DNA of 64,000 nucleotides, from NCBI GenBank assembly GCA_030390025.1, contig CM059437.1, positions 13,330,001-13,394,000 of the forward strand, given 5' to 3'. Shown in pieces: positions 13,614 to 27,055 of the stretch. The DNA comes from Squalus acanthias (taxonomy: Eukaryota). How positions within the stretch are numbered: position 1 is the stretch's first letter; every line of letters begins with the position of its first letter. Position numbers and translations under genes: made by a program. The notes under the pieces were generated by a model. That model saw only the letters and a list, made by a program, of their open reading frames with translations. It was not told the DNA's origin and ran no database searches.

Positions 13614-14337
13614 GGCCCGTAATTTGTGGCCCCCTACGGGCGCATACATGGTGTGTACGCGCCCGTAAGGGCCGCGCAAGTTCCGGGTTTTTGCGTGCGA
13701 AGCTTCTTGACAGATCCATTGCATCCCTGGGAAAGGGGCATCCGTGGGCGGAGAGTTGGGCTATTTGCCCAACTTCTGCCCAGCAAATACCTGTAAAATT
13801 CTTACGCCTGGTAAAAGCAGGCCTTAGCAGGCATAAGGCCTGCTTTTTACCAGTGTAAGAGTTTAAATAACCATAAAATTAATTTTTTTCAATCTTTTAA
13901 ACATTAAAAACCTGTACAATAGCAAGGCTATTTTTAGCCCCTTTAAAATATTTAAATTTATTTTTCAAAACATTTAATTTGTTTTAAGTATTTAATTAAA
14001 TGGACATTTTAAATATTTAATTGTTTTAAATATATTTGATGTGCACATGTATTTTTTGGGGTATTCCCATTCATGCTTATGGGGTTGCTGTACATACAGA
14101 ATCTCCATAAGCATGAATGGGGATTCCCTTCTTGCATTCATTGGGCCGGCTCATGTGATCCCAGGGGCGCTTGTGAAATGCCTGCGCCCCGGGATACGTG
14201 GGCCTCTACCCGCGGATACCCGGAGAGGCCCAGGACTGCGAGTCTCCGCACCTCCTGGACCACCAGGTACTCGGGCATTTTATTTGCAGATCGGAGGCAT
14301 TTCCCTGCGGGGAGCCTCTGACTGCAAATTCAGGGCC
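13614..14337. mobile_element. PIF/Harbinger-type MITE, copy 2
   Basis: att|ggcccgtaatttgtgg ... ctgcaaattcagggcc|aat; internal hairpins; same family and orientation as 9893-10595. Confidence 0.85.
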
Positions 14338-15043
14338 AATACATCATCTTTCCTAAGCTTCCCTCCCACCTATTTTTTCCTCATTTTAAAATATTCCACT
14401 TAATTTTATTTTCACTTTAACCTCTTGTATCCTCACCATTTATTTTGAAGATGGGAACAATTTTAAGAAAATTGCCATTTCATTGGCTAACACTAGCTAC
14501 AAAGGCTTGATTTTTTTTTAAAGTCAAATAGAAAATATTTTAAGGTTGACAGTGTCTTATTGTGGAATGTAAGCAGAGAATCTTTGATTTTTTTTTTTTA
14601 AGTGTCAAAACCAGAAAGGGAGGGGGCAATGTGCAGATTAATTAGCGGCTTCCACAATCCAACAACTAAGCGAGTAAATTCATCCTACAACCGTGGTTAT
14701 GCTAGGTCAGGAACCAGCGGTGATTACTGTACTAAACAAAACAAAATTATTAGTATCACAAATTGTGAATCCATCATCTGGGTTCTTCAGACCCAGACAG
14801 TTTCGCATAACCCTATCTTCTTCAGAATTGTATCAAGGAAGTAATTTACCGTACTTAATGGCTGGAGGTAATCATTAAAAAGGACAGAAATTTTAATTGG
14901 TAATGCACCAGTCTGAATTGGCATTACTTGGTAGTAATACAAGGAGAGAAGATTGAAACATCAAGTTCAAGGAAATGGCTGAAGAAATTTTAAACAGAAA
15001 GTAAACGTGATGCTAATTTAACCCTAAACCCAAATGCAATATA

Positions 15044-15468
15044 CAGGAAACTTTCGTTTATCCGGCATCGACGGGACCGGCGTGGTGCCGGTTTATCGAA
15101 AGTACCGGATAACAGAGAGTTATATCTACCGAGGCTATTTTTAACAAAGAGACTCCAAGCAGCACAGGAGAATCTACTCATGCTACTGCAATGTTTCGGA
15201 CTTGCGACAGCGCCAGGAGGCCGAGTAGTGGCACTTTTGAAAAGTACCCCTACTGACTAAATCGGCGTTCGCGGACTCAGACTCGGACTCGGGATCGGCA
15301 ACATTGCCGGTTATTTGAGAGGATTTTTCGGAGCACTCGGCGTTCGCGGAGACTCGACTGCGACTCGGCAACATTGCCGGTTATTTGAGAGGAGTTTTCG
15401 GAGGATGATTTTTGCCGGTTAAGCGAGAATTCCGGATATTTGGGTGCCGGATAAACGAAAGTTTCCTG
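15044..15468. mobile_element. Tc1/mariner-superfamily (pogo/Tigger-like) MITE, 425 bp
   Basis: Perfect 24-bp TIR CAGGAAACTTTCGTTTATCCGGCA, TA on both flanks (15042-43, 15469-70), internal ~70-bp tandem duplication at 15262-15405. Confidence 0.92.
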
Positions 15469-15706
15469 TATTTAGATACCAACCTCCCCTTCAGACGAGT
15501 AGTATACTGCAAGCTATAAATTGTAATAATCAGAGCTGCTCAATAATTTTATCGACAAGAGAAAAATGTGCATGGTTGACACAAACAGAATGACAAGTTG
15601 GCGGCTGCGTTTTTTGAGACAGAAAGCATTTTTAAGATGCAAACATGGGGTTCACAAAGAAATTGAGCATGAAGTGTTTTGTGCAAAAAATAAATCAAAG
15701 TTAAAT

Positions 15707-17292
15707 CACAGAAACATGCCATTTGTCCCAACCAGTCCATATCGGCATTTATTCTCCATGCAAAAGCCCTAATCACATTTCCCTTTATTCACCTATCCAA
15801 TCTGATCCTTAAAGCTGATATTGTTTCTTCCTCAACTACTAACCCTGGAAGTGAATTCCACAGTCTAACTCTCTGTAAAAAGATGTTTCACCAGCTCTCT
15901 GTTCTAAATCCCTTAAATTCAATCTTGTATCTATGGCCCTTCTCTGGAAAAAGAGTCTGCTTCTATTACCCTGTCCCGTCCCTTCATAATTTTAAACACT
16001 TCTATCATATTGCCCTGTAATCTGTGTTGTTCTAATGAGAAAAGATCCAATTTTTCAAGTCTTTTCTCATATGTATTTCCTCACACCAGGTACCATCCGA
16101 CCGAGTGAATCCAAGCTACGCTCTCTCTAAAGCCTCAATATCTGTACTGCAGCGTGCAGCCCAATACTGCAGAAAGTACTCTAATGGAGGTCCTATTAAG
16201 GCTTTATATAGGCTCATCATTACCTCTTGGCATTCATATTCTATACCTTGTGATAAAATCTAGAATTTCATTAGCTTTTTTTAAAAAAACTCATCAACTT
16301 GAAGTACTGCCTTGAATGTTCTGTGAGCATGTACCCTCAAGTCCCTCTGCTCTTCCACAGCACTGAGCCTATTTCCATTCAGAACAGAATAGCTGCTGGT
16401 ATTTTTTTTTTTCTTAAATCAAAATGTATCACCTTACACTTACCGACATTGAATTCTATCTCCTACTTTTTAAACCCATTCCCCTAATCCTATCAATTTT
16501 ACTTTACAGTTCCCTTTGGTCTTCTAAAGAATCAACTATGCCTCCTATTTTTAAATACATCTCCCGCCTCTCCCTCTTAGCTAATATCTTAGATCACTGA
16601 AACGGTGAACGGAAGTGTTTCCGGGCTGACTCCCGAGGGACCCCACGACCCATCACGCTCGAAAAAATGCCTTAACTGTTTTGTCCCTTTAATCCAGTTT
16701 GTTATCCTCCCCCTAATTTCATACCAATTAATCTTCTGTAAGAATCTCCCATGCGGTACCTTGTCAAAGTCCATGAACATTACATCCAATGCATTTCCCC
16801 CCATCTACCATGCCTGTTACCGCCTCAAAAGAGATCCATGAGGTTGGTTAAGCACGACCATCCTTTTTGAAATCCATGCTGGCTATTTCTAACTATTCTC
16901 TCTTTAGATATGTGCTAATTTCATTCTTAAATGAAAAACTCAAAAATGTTCTCTACCACCGATGTGAAGCCAACTGACCTGGATTAACTCTGCCTCCCTT
17001 TTTAAAAATGGATATGACATTGGCTACTCTTCAGTCTTCCACACACATCAACACTCAGAGCCTAAATTCTAATTTCTTGAGCCTCAGCAATTTTCTCCCT
17101 CAGGATTCTTGATGTATTCCATCAGGCCCTGGCGCTTTTGTCTTCCTTTAGCGTAACATCTAAAATATGTTCTTTTACCCCCATAATATTGTTCATCTCG
17201 CTTTCAACCACTTCGGGATTCAGCTCCTCTCCGATATCCTTTCCTTTAGGAAAGACTGATGCAAAGTATTTACTAAATATCTCTGCCATTTA
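15707..17292 (-). mobile_element. Old, degraded CR1 LINE
   Basis: Minus-strand remnants such as DVMFMDFDKVPHGRFLQK (RT motif DF.KAFDKVPH) and CR1-like 3' sequence; many stops and indels. Confidence 0.75.
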
Positions 17293-17511
17293 TTGATCAT
17301 TTAAAAATACTAAAAGGCTACGTATTGATGATTGAACCACGGACAACAGCCGAGAACAAAAATACCCCCGATGACACGTTCAAAGTGAACCAAGGATAAG
17401 TGTATCCTTTTATGAAGTGTACCTTTGCAGTACAATGGCATACAGCAATCAGTCATTGCTTGCTTGTCTACTAAGGCAAAGCTGGGATAGTAGCAGTGCT
17501 GAATAAACTAT

Positions 17512-18253
17512 CCCTATAAACTAAAGGGTACAATCCTAAAGGGGTGCATGAACAGAGAAACCTGGGGGTATATGTGCACAAATCATTGAAGGTGGCAGGG
17601 CAGGTTGAGAAAGTGGTTAAAAAAGCATACGGGAGCCTGGGCTTCATAAATAGAAGCATAGAGCACAAAAGCAAGGCAGATGAATCTTTATAAAACACTG
17701 GTTCGGCCTCAAATGGAGTATTGTGTCCAGTTCTGGGCACCACACTTTAGGAAGGATGTGAAGGCCTTAGAGAGGGTGCAGAAAAGATTTACGAGAATGA
17801 TTCCAGGGATGAGGGACTTCAATTACGTGGATAGACTAGAGAAGCTGGGGTTGTTCTCCGTAGAGCAGAGAAGGTTGAGACGAGATTTGATAGAGGTGTT
17901 CAAAATCATGAGGGATCTAGACAGAGTAGATAAAGAGAAACTGTTCCCATTGGTGGAAGGGTCAAGAACCAGAGGACACCGATTTAAGGTGATTGGCAAA
18001 AGAACCAAAGGGGACATGAGGGAAAACTTTTTTACGCAGCGAGTGGTTATGATCTGGAATGCACTGCCTGAGGCAGATTCAATCATGGATTTCAAAAGGG
18101 AATTGGATAAGTACCTGAAGGAAAAAAAATTGCAGGGCTACGGGGAAAGGGCAGGGGAGTGGGACGAGCTGAAGTGCTCTTGCAGAGAGCTGGCACGGGC
18201 TAGACGGGCCGAATGGCCTCCTTCTGTGCTGGAACCATTCTATGATTCTATGA
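17512..18253 (+). mobile_element. Relatively young CR1 LINE 3' fragment
   Basis: ORF 17680-18270 LYKTLVRPQMEYCVQFWAPHFRKDVKALERVQKRFTRMIPG...; ends in an (attctatg)n tail. Confidence 0.93.
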
Positions 18254-18519
18254 ATCACAAAAGTGGTTAAGCACTTTGATCATCTGTTAGGCATAACGGG
18301 CAAACTCTTGTTATGCCTAACAATACCATGATGAATAAAAGGGAAATCTCTATTTTTGATAGATAGACAAAAATGGATGGACAGCAGAAAGTTATCCTCC
18401 TTTATAATACTGAAAAAATACTACCCTAAGAATGAAAATCTACCTGGCAAATGTGTTACGGTCTCAGGAAAAGGGTTGGGTGATATAGGTTTTAATGCAG
18501 GGAGGGATAAAAACAATTT

Positions 18520-19070
18520 ACATTACTATAATGCTCATCAAGTACAAAAATGTCTGAGCATTTGAGGGGGTAGAGGATAGCAAGGGGATACCTAGCAGAG
18601 GGAAACAGGTTAGGGGGAGACAGAAGGACAGTCAAAGCAGAGGGCTTTAAAGAGATTTTTTGAAGGCAGCAAGGGAGAAGACGAAGCAGAGATTTTGAAG
18701 GAGGTAGGAACTAGGTGGCTTAGGGAGCAGACAGAGATAATGGAACAAAGAATGAAAAGTGTACCTGTGTTGGAGGACCAGAGAATGTGTGCAGGGAGAT
18801 AGGTTTGAGGAGATTATAAAAGGTAAAGGAGGGGGATGTAAAAGACCCTGAAAGGATTTGAAGAGGAGCACAAAAATAAAGTCAACTCTCTGGGATAAAG
18901 GAAGGCAGAAGAGCTTGGCAAAGATTGAGGTGACAGGGATGAGAGTCCAGATGAGAACACGATCCATGGCTTTCTGGATGATGGAAGTGGGAAGGCTGGT
19001 ACGGGAAGTATTTGAGCTCAAGTGGTCTGAACAGTATGAAACTGAAGGTCAGGAGCTATGCTATATAAAT
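18520..19070 (-). mobile_element. Old L2-like LINE 3' remnant
   Basis: Minus-strand translation LPLSQRVDFIFVLLFKSFQGL...FKKSL resembles the L2 C-terminus (LHWLP...RI.FK...L.FK.L.GL...FK..LK). Confidence 0.55.
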
Positions 19071-19079
19071 ATACTTTAA

Positions 19080-19400
19080 TGATCGATGTTTTTCATGGTG
19101 ATTTAACGTTTAACGTTGACTATTAAGCACCTCATTTGTTGGTGCAACATTGATTGGATCATAACACTGGGTGAGATACAAGTCATGGACATGACTATGA
19201 ACAAACCATTCAACTAGCACCACAACTGGACTACAGGGACAATCATGAACTGACACCAACAAGTAATCTGATGAAACCTGGATTGCTTCAGATGCTGCAG
19301 TGGATACTGGGTGCATGGCAAGATGTTAAACCAAGACTCCGTTTTCCTAGGATTTAAAAAAATGCTGGAGCTCAAACAGCATGAAAGAAGGGAGGATTGC
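19080..19400 (+). mobile_element. Degraded pogo-family (POGK/Passer-like) DDE transposase fragment
   Basis: Plus-strand pieces IDVFHGDLT, EIQVMDMTMNKPFN, HELTPTSNLMKPGLLQMLQWILGAWQDV and GFKK match pogo motifs DxFxGH, LQxLDxxxNKPFK, TPTGN.KKP..W...AW and GFKKC; frameshifted. Confidence 0.75.
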
Positions 19401-19592
19401 CCACAGCAACTCCGAATCAACCTCCAATGATAAATAAAGCCAGAACTACAAACTTTGCTTTTGTTTTGGGGGTAGGTACAGATGCCCGAAGTGAATAACT
19501 ACCAGTACTCTAATTTCAATGTCATTTAAACCCATACTGTTCCCTCGTTAAATACTGGCCAACTCTGGTATTTTTCCATCCTCCCTTCTCAC

Positions 19593-19715
19593 CTTATCAG
19601 CAGCTGCAAGCAAGTCATCTGCCATTTTGTCAAGATTTGGCGCCTTTCCCGTATAAATAAAGCACATCATCTCCTTAAAGACTTCAGGCTCCACGTCATT
19701 AATTTCCACTCGGTT
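19593..19715 (-). CDS. SPOP: SPOP coding exon 7 (BTB): [41 protein letters not shown]
   Basis: 123 nt; tacag|AAC ... AAG|gtgag; phase 0 to 0. Confidence 0.97.
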
Positions 19716-20471
19716 CTGTAGAAAATTAGGGGGAAAATATTTTTAAGTTAAATCCTGCAATGAGCTGCTCATTGCCTACATTTCTTTTATGACAAATCTA
19801 AAGAACGAATACTGAAAATCAACTTAGTCTTTATAATTACAGCTTTTACAGGAGGAATACTGTACATAAATATCTTGCTGGTCCAGAATTTTTCCCGATT
19901 GCACTTTATCACATTTAACACTAGAAACACAGAATTCTGCTGGATAAAATATACAAATTCTTTTGTGCATTTTGATTATTAGAAGCTGCAAAGGACATGT
20001 TGCACTTCGTGTTAATTCCTCTCAACGTCCAACCCTCCACAAATGTTGATAGAAGTGATGGAGAAGAAATACTTTGAATGCATCATGTAATCTTGGGTGA
20101 GTGAGGCTATTCAGCATACCAGTCCATAGCATATTTTCCCAGGGCCATGCAGCTCCAGGTCCGCACAAAGGCTACTCTGAGGTCAGAGACCCAGTTAAAG
20201 CAAAAGTGGCCACTCCAGGGCACAAGCTCTCCCCAGTTACTGATGTCACCAGAGCAGCCTGGAGAGAAGACCACTCAACATGGTAAGTCACCAATGGGTG
20301 GGAAATCTTGCGTTTTCACTCACATCTTATTTAAGAAGTGGCGACTCAGGAAGTGCGTCACACAAAAGTACTCCACCTAGATTTTTCTTTCCCATGGAGG
20401 GGACATTTTGTGAGCACCATAGAAAAAGTACAGTGTATATTATTTCTGATTACAAATCACATATGCATTAC

Positions 20472-20527
20472 CTTTTTGCTTTCTTCCATTTCATGCTCAA
20501 ACATAGCACTGAAGACTGGGGAACGAG
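20472..20527 (-). CDS. SPOP: SPOP coding exon 6 (BTB): (A)RSPVFSAMFEHEMEESKK
   Basis: 56 nt; tttag|CT ... AAG|gtaatg; phase 1 to 0. Confidence 0.96.
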
Positions 20528-22089
20528 CTAAAGATAAAGAGATTTTTCTTAATTTAACGATTATAATTCAAGTGTTCAGGCTCCAATTAACCACCAATGA
20601 TTGATTGCACTTAATGTTACATTAGTAGTTTAAACATTTACGATGAAGGTAGTGAACATAAAATGCAGCTCTTATCTAAACTAGCTTATGCATGTTCATT
20701 TTGTGCAATTTTTAAGTCTAAAACCTGAAAGGAGACTCAAACTGCCACTGGCATTTAATAGGTCATACCATATTTGAACACCTGAATTTTGCTATAATTA
20801 ATTTGCAAGTATCTTCATATCACTGATCACACCACAATCACAAAAGCATATATATGGGTCAAAATGTTAAATAGTTTTAAGCATAAATTCAAACTGAAGG
20901 AACAATGACAACCAAGAACCATAGCAGAGACATTATAGAATCAAGCCTATGGCCTTCACAGATTTCTGCCTTTCAGTCTCAGTGCCTGAATTTGGGTGCC
21001 ATAATAGGTTTAAGTTTTTAGCCTTCAATCTAAATAAATCTGGTGGGGCTCAGCCAGAACAGATTTACTGTAATATTGCATAGCAGTAACCCACCACATA
21101 CACAACAATATTCCATTTATTCAATGGTCATTTTTTTGGGTAAAAGGGAAAACTCCAGGCAATTCACGTAACACTCCTCCAGTAACTGCTCCCTAACACT
21201 AATTCATCGTTTATCATTTTATCTATACTCAAAATTATGTTTGGAAATGAATGTTTTCTGCTTACTGCAGCCACCAATTCCTATGGAGAGATCAGTAGAC
21301 TTACGTCACCAGATGCAACATCACACTGCTTGCTGCTGGCTCAAATTAATTGAAATCTAGAAGCCCTGCAACATTTTAAATTCATTTTTCTTCTTCCACA
21401 GTGCAGAATGGCCATCAACTACTCTTCTGTTTAAATCACTAGTAAATAAACTATTACAAAAGCCCTCCTTTGCTCACATTTATAGTTTCCCTATACCGAC
21501 TACCCAGCAATAGAACAGAGTGACACTTGGTTAAAAAAATGCTGACCATCTCTCCAAAGCAGTAAATGAGTGCTACACAAGGAGATTGCTCACGTTCAGC
21601 TGTATAAATGAACTAATTAAAAGAGCCCATAAATCTACATATTAGAGGAAGATTCTATATAAATTAAATATAAAAGTTAATGCAAAGCTCCAGGATCCAA
21701 AATAAATCACTCAGATAGGAGACAATATAGTGTCCAATAGCAAGTGGCCAATCCCACACTAATTTCCCACTTCACTGTCTGTATTAGTAGCAATAAAAAC
21801 ACCACAATATATCACTGGTATGTGAGGATAAGGCTGGTAAGTGCATTTTTATTTCAGGTCATCATCTGCACTGTTTAAGGACTGGGATCACTTTCTGATA
21901 TAACTCAGCCTCCAAAACCACTTCAGCCAATGCTCAAAAAGTAATATCTATAGGCTTTAGCTACATTTCCATCTTGGACTCCTTGTAAATATAATATTTG
22001 TTACAGTCTAGTTGAGAAGGAACTGATTACCAATAGCACTACTACAAGCCAGCACAGATGAAAAATTTATATTCAGGACTCCAAAAAAG

Positions 22090-22540
22090 AGAGCTGGAAA
22101 TATAAATTAGCTCCATCAAATTAAGATGCACAGTGGTTGAACTTGTCGCTCATCAAAAGCATCTGGAAAGAGGTGAACGTAGCTTCACTTAAAAGCATAG
22201 TGGGTTGAATGTTCTTTGACTAACACCATTTGTTATTCTAAATATTACTGCATACCACTCTTGCGATAAACAGAATTCTCAGTGGCAACATACTGAATAT
22301 GACATTTATCTAGCTCACGAGTTGGACCCACACAACTTATTTGTAACTTTGGCGCTCCCTTTATTGAGAGATAAATTCTGGATTCCATCTCATCATTGAA
22401 ATAAAGGGGTTCTGTAACCCAAAGCCAATTCTGACGAACTGACACACCCAAAATATGAATTCATTGTTCTCTTTCAGATGCTGATCAATCTTCTAGGAAT
22501 TGACACATTTTGTTTTTACTTCAGATTTCTAGCATCCCTG
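22090..22540. repeat. Decayed inverted-repeat element, related to 38560 and 42404
   Basis: Left gctggaaat...agcatctggaaagag and right ctctttcagatgct...atttctagc are complementary arms. Confidence 0.45.
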
Positions 22541-22721
22541 GTTTCCTTTGGAATATATATAATTTTTTTAAATGGTGGAAAATCAGAAATAAACGATAAT
22601 GCACTAGGTTAAAACACTATTCTACTTTGGTACACTCTGTATTAAAAGAAATTTATCAATTCTGAAATATGGTTTGATACATTCCTTGGAGATATGCCTA
22701 GTAAAAATCTATATGGGTTCA

Positions 22722-22913
<192 letters not shown>

Positions 22914-24469
22914 CTAGAGCGTAAAGAAAACACAAACACAGTAGGGTTACACCAAAACACATTATTGATACTAAATCCTTAATTTTCCAATCAGCATTAT
23001 TTAAAATAAATGCACCACCACCAGTATTAAAATAATGCCGATTGGAAAGTCCAGGCTTAAAGTCTTTTTGTGCATAAACTTTGTACAAAGCCATTGTAGT
23101 CAGACTGCGGAAACATAATACAGGTTAAAAGGGCACGGGGAAATCATTACAATGCATTTCCGACTTTGATAATCTATTGATTCGTTGAAATGCCACTTTC
23201 CTTATAAATTCAAATGTCAATACACGAATATCCCCCAAAGCTTGACCGACATGGTCTGCAAAATTTATTCATTTTGAAAGCAACTGAAACAGCAATTCGT
23301 GAATTAAGAGACCAGTATGATTTTTCAAAGTTCTTTCCAATCAAAATCACTAATAGCTTTTGCTGCCTTTCCAAAACATTTCTGCTTTCCTAATTGTCTG
23401 CAGCATAATTTCTGGCAGGTTTGCTAATGCACATACTAGTTTAAACAGCTTGCGAATGAACAACATTCAAAATGGCGGCGGTAAGAAAACAGTGAACACA
23501 GAAGATATATAAAATTATAACTTATGAATACAGAGCAACATATAATTTTATTCCGGCATTTCTTAACTACTAATGGGAGACACGTTATATACTGATGCAC
23601 ATATTTAATAGCCAATCTATATAAAGAACAGAACACAGAGTTTAAAGTAATTACTTCCAAATTTGTAGATATGTTAAGCAATCCATCTTTATCTATGAAA
23701 ATAAATCACAGGCTCATTAGCACCTATGAACACTCAGGCACACTCATTCCTTATCACAGAAGGTTCATTACATTATGTGCAGTGATTATATAAAGCCTGG
23801 TTCAATGTAGACATTACAGGAGTACTGATTTTACCTCGTTAGCTACTGGACATTGATTATAGTTGGTTAGGGAAATAACTAACAATGAACTCACTGTAGT
23901 CAGGTGAACTGATGGAATAGGTGCAGAAACTAAGCCAAGCTAAGTGGTGGAATTTTAGAAAAATATGACCATGTCAGTGCCACAGCAAAGCTTCTTTCAC
24001 TTTAATATAGCCGCAATATTTGGCTTCAACTCTTTATACTCTGAATTGTGTAAAATATGGCCTTGGACATCTTCCCACAAACTGCCTAGAATCGGATCGC
24101 AGATTGAGAAATAGTTGTGGAAGGCATGTCCTTCTCATAGAACTGAATGGAGAGACTAATTTTTGATTTAGATCAACAGACCTTCAAAACATGCAAAAAA
24201 AATATAAATGCACGAGGCATCGCTACAAGGCTGTCATGAGGAGCCATATAACAGTGCATTAGTGGGTGACAGAGGCTATTTTAAAGAATTTATTAAGTAA
24301 TTAAAGTTACTTGGGAATTTAAGATTAGTGATCATTTATATTGTAATCACATACTTCGGTAATCACTATTTCAAAAGCAGGTAATTATAATCTTTATTAT
24401 AAATGGAAGTGAGCAACAAAGAAATGAGCTAAAAAATACTGAAATACAAATTCCATTACACATTTTTCT

Positions 24470-24720
24470 AATGCAACCAGGAAAATCCAGGTTTGACCTC
24501 AGTCTGTGCTGAGTTCCTGTAGTTAGTGCTACAGTTCTCCTCAGTGGTGGGGGGAGGTGGAAATAATCAGCCATTATTGCTATCTAGTGACACCTGCTAT
24601 AAAGTGTTCATGTGTAGACATCAGCTGAGAACAGGATTGGACTTATCTAGAATACCTCTCCTCCCCCTCCACCACAGTCAAATAGCCTGCCAACCCTCCA
24701 GACTCGCATGCTCCCAGCTA
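24470..24720 (+). mobile_element. Ancient SINE copy (AmnSINE2-like, tentative)
   Basis: ccaggtttgacctcagtctgtgctgagtt...ctatctagtgacacctgct...tgtagacatcagctgagaacaggattgg...cacagtcaaatagcctgcc is shared with other copies in the window. Confidence 0.6.
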
Positions 24721-26228
24721 AGCAACCCGAGGCAACAAACCCTACAAAATATTAAAAAATCCTTCTCAATTCAAAGCTGGAATTCATCTGTCTACATCAA
24801 AAGCATATACACGCCCCATACACAAGCGAGTGTTGAAGCAAAAGGATTAAAAACAAAACCAAAGTTTTTAAAAAAAAAGTAGCTCTTCATTATTTCTTCC
24901 AAATAATGATGAAAGACTCCCGACCATTCATCGTATAAAAGTTAGCCACAAAACATACTCAATCCTCTGTAGGAACAGCCTTAATCATGTCTGCATCACT
25001 TCATTATTTCCCAAATGTTGCTTGTTTTGCATTATTACAGTAAGAGACTTCCACCTCATCAGATTAAACTGTTTTCTGGAGTTCCCACGAGACTCCTTCA
25101 AGCTCCCAGATATTCTACACGATCAAGCAACTTTCAAAGGCCTCATTTATATAAGAACTACATCAAATAGAATTTGATGCAGGATCCCGCAGGGATTTTT
25201 TTTTTAAAATCCATTTTTATCTAACTTACAATACAATTAGGTCATTATCTCTTGGAGGACAAGACTTGGGACACTGTCCTATTGATACATTTCATGCCAT
25301 TGGCAGTGAGGTAATCTTCTCCATTCTGCATAATCGTAGAATTGATGAGGCAGACCTTAATTTCTCCGCCTGGAGGAGGCAACAGTGAAACTTAAGGAAC
25401 CATTAAGAGCACTGAAGCATTATAATAAAATTGGTACCAACAAAATATTTAGAGTATATAATAATAAGAGGGGCCAGAAGAAATGATGAGGGACAGGCCA
25501 GGAAGCAACTTCATACGGAGAGGTCAAATTATTTTTGAACGATCAAGACAGACTGAGGTCAGTAATCTACCTACCTCATTTAATATTCACACAAGATTAG
25601 AAAGTACGTCAAAACAATACAAAAATGGGCTAGGGCTGAGGACCTACACCTGCAATTCATCATGGAGAACAAAAGTGCACATGTTGTTTTGAGTTAAGTG
25701 AAGATAATAATGCTTAATGAAAATGTGTGTGATTGCGCCAAGGAATTTGTCTTGCCTCGGTCCTCAAAAGCATCTCTGTGCAAGTTAGTTTAAGAAATAA
25801 GTAACAAATCAGAAGCTCTTTCTCTGGTGGGTCCTGTCCGACTAATGAGTAACAAAGGAGATGCACTACACTACCCAATTTGTCAACTGCTGCTAAGTTT
25901 TCAAAAGTCCCATGTTCCCAAATAAATAAATTAGGTCCTTTGTCCGATGTGTGCATAACAACCAAGTGAAGGGACACTTTCTTTGAATGGAAGAAATGCT
26001 AGGTGGTGGATAAAACTACCGAGACAGACTAAATTGAAACAACTTTAGGCAGAAAGGATAGGCTTGACAAATTGTCCGATCCGCATGCTAAAAGATGATA
26101 GGCAATTAGCAAAATAACAGCCATAAAAAGAAAAAGTCAATTATGGAGACCAGTGGTTTCAAACTGGATACCATGTTAAGTTCCCCCATCACAGTGCCTG
26201 CCAGAGGTGGGTGGGGAAAAAAAAACTT

Positions 26229-27052
26229 GGGCCGGAATTTTGCGGAGGGTCAGCAGGCACGATTGGTGGCGGGCCAGGTGGGAAAGTCCCCCCCCCCCCC
26301 CGCGGTGGGTCGGGATCCCGCTGCGAACCCGCCGCCACGCACCTTTCCCAATGTCGGGTCTGTCAGCGCTGAGCAGACCCGACACGCAGCAGTGGGGGAC
26401 CCAATTCAGCTAATTAGTGGTTTGTTTAGAGCCACTTGAGAATGATTTTCAGCTCACCTTTTGCATTTGACAGCTCGCCCACAGGGTCCACACTGGTCGT
26501 TGACCATGTCCGTCAAGCTGAGGCGGGAGTTCAGTGGCCATTGAATCAGCTGTCGATTTGACAGCTTCAAATGTAAAGTAAAAGCTCCCACCTTACAGAA
26601 ATATCTTCCCTCAGCCACAAGCTCTTCCTCACTGCATTTCCACAACAGATTCACCATGCTGCGAGTCTTTACACAAGTCTCCATCCAGTCTGACCTCATT
26701 ACCTCTCTCACCATTGACAGATCACTTCGGTCACCTCTATTTCACCTGCCATCTATTCCACCAGCATGGGTGCCCTTTATACTCTCTCACCTTGGTCCTC
26801 AGAATCCCACCACAATCAGCCCCAACACCACCAACCTTCTCCACAATCAACTGATGCTGCACAGAACAGAGGGCATCAGCACCCAACCACACTGCTGCCC
26901 GGGAGGCCTCACCATGGCCAGATTTACTTCACTTGATGCTATACACCCTAGCTGCCACATGATGCGCCAGGTTGGCACCACCCCACACCAACATGCATCC
27001 CTACAATGCCCAAGCAATTCCTTTCACACTCATCACCATTGCGGGGGGTACC
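26229..27052. mobile_element. Truncated Harbinger-type DNA transposon remnant
   Basis: Begins with gggccggaattttgc (same TIR type as the MITEs) and GC-rich subterminal sequence; no matching right TIR seen. Confidence 0.5.
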
Positions 27053-27055
27053 ATT

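Noticed and set aside
15262-15405. Repeat units that might suggest a CRISPR-like array
   Set aside because: Only two units, inside a eukaryotic MITE, with no unique spacers or cas genes.
16590-16665. CpG-rich patch with an ETS-like cggaagtg motif
   Set aside because: Falls at the [10 protein letters not shown] region of the decayed CR1; no independent evidence of function.
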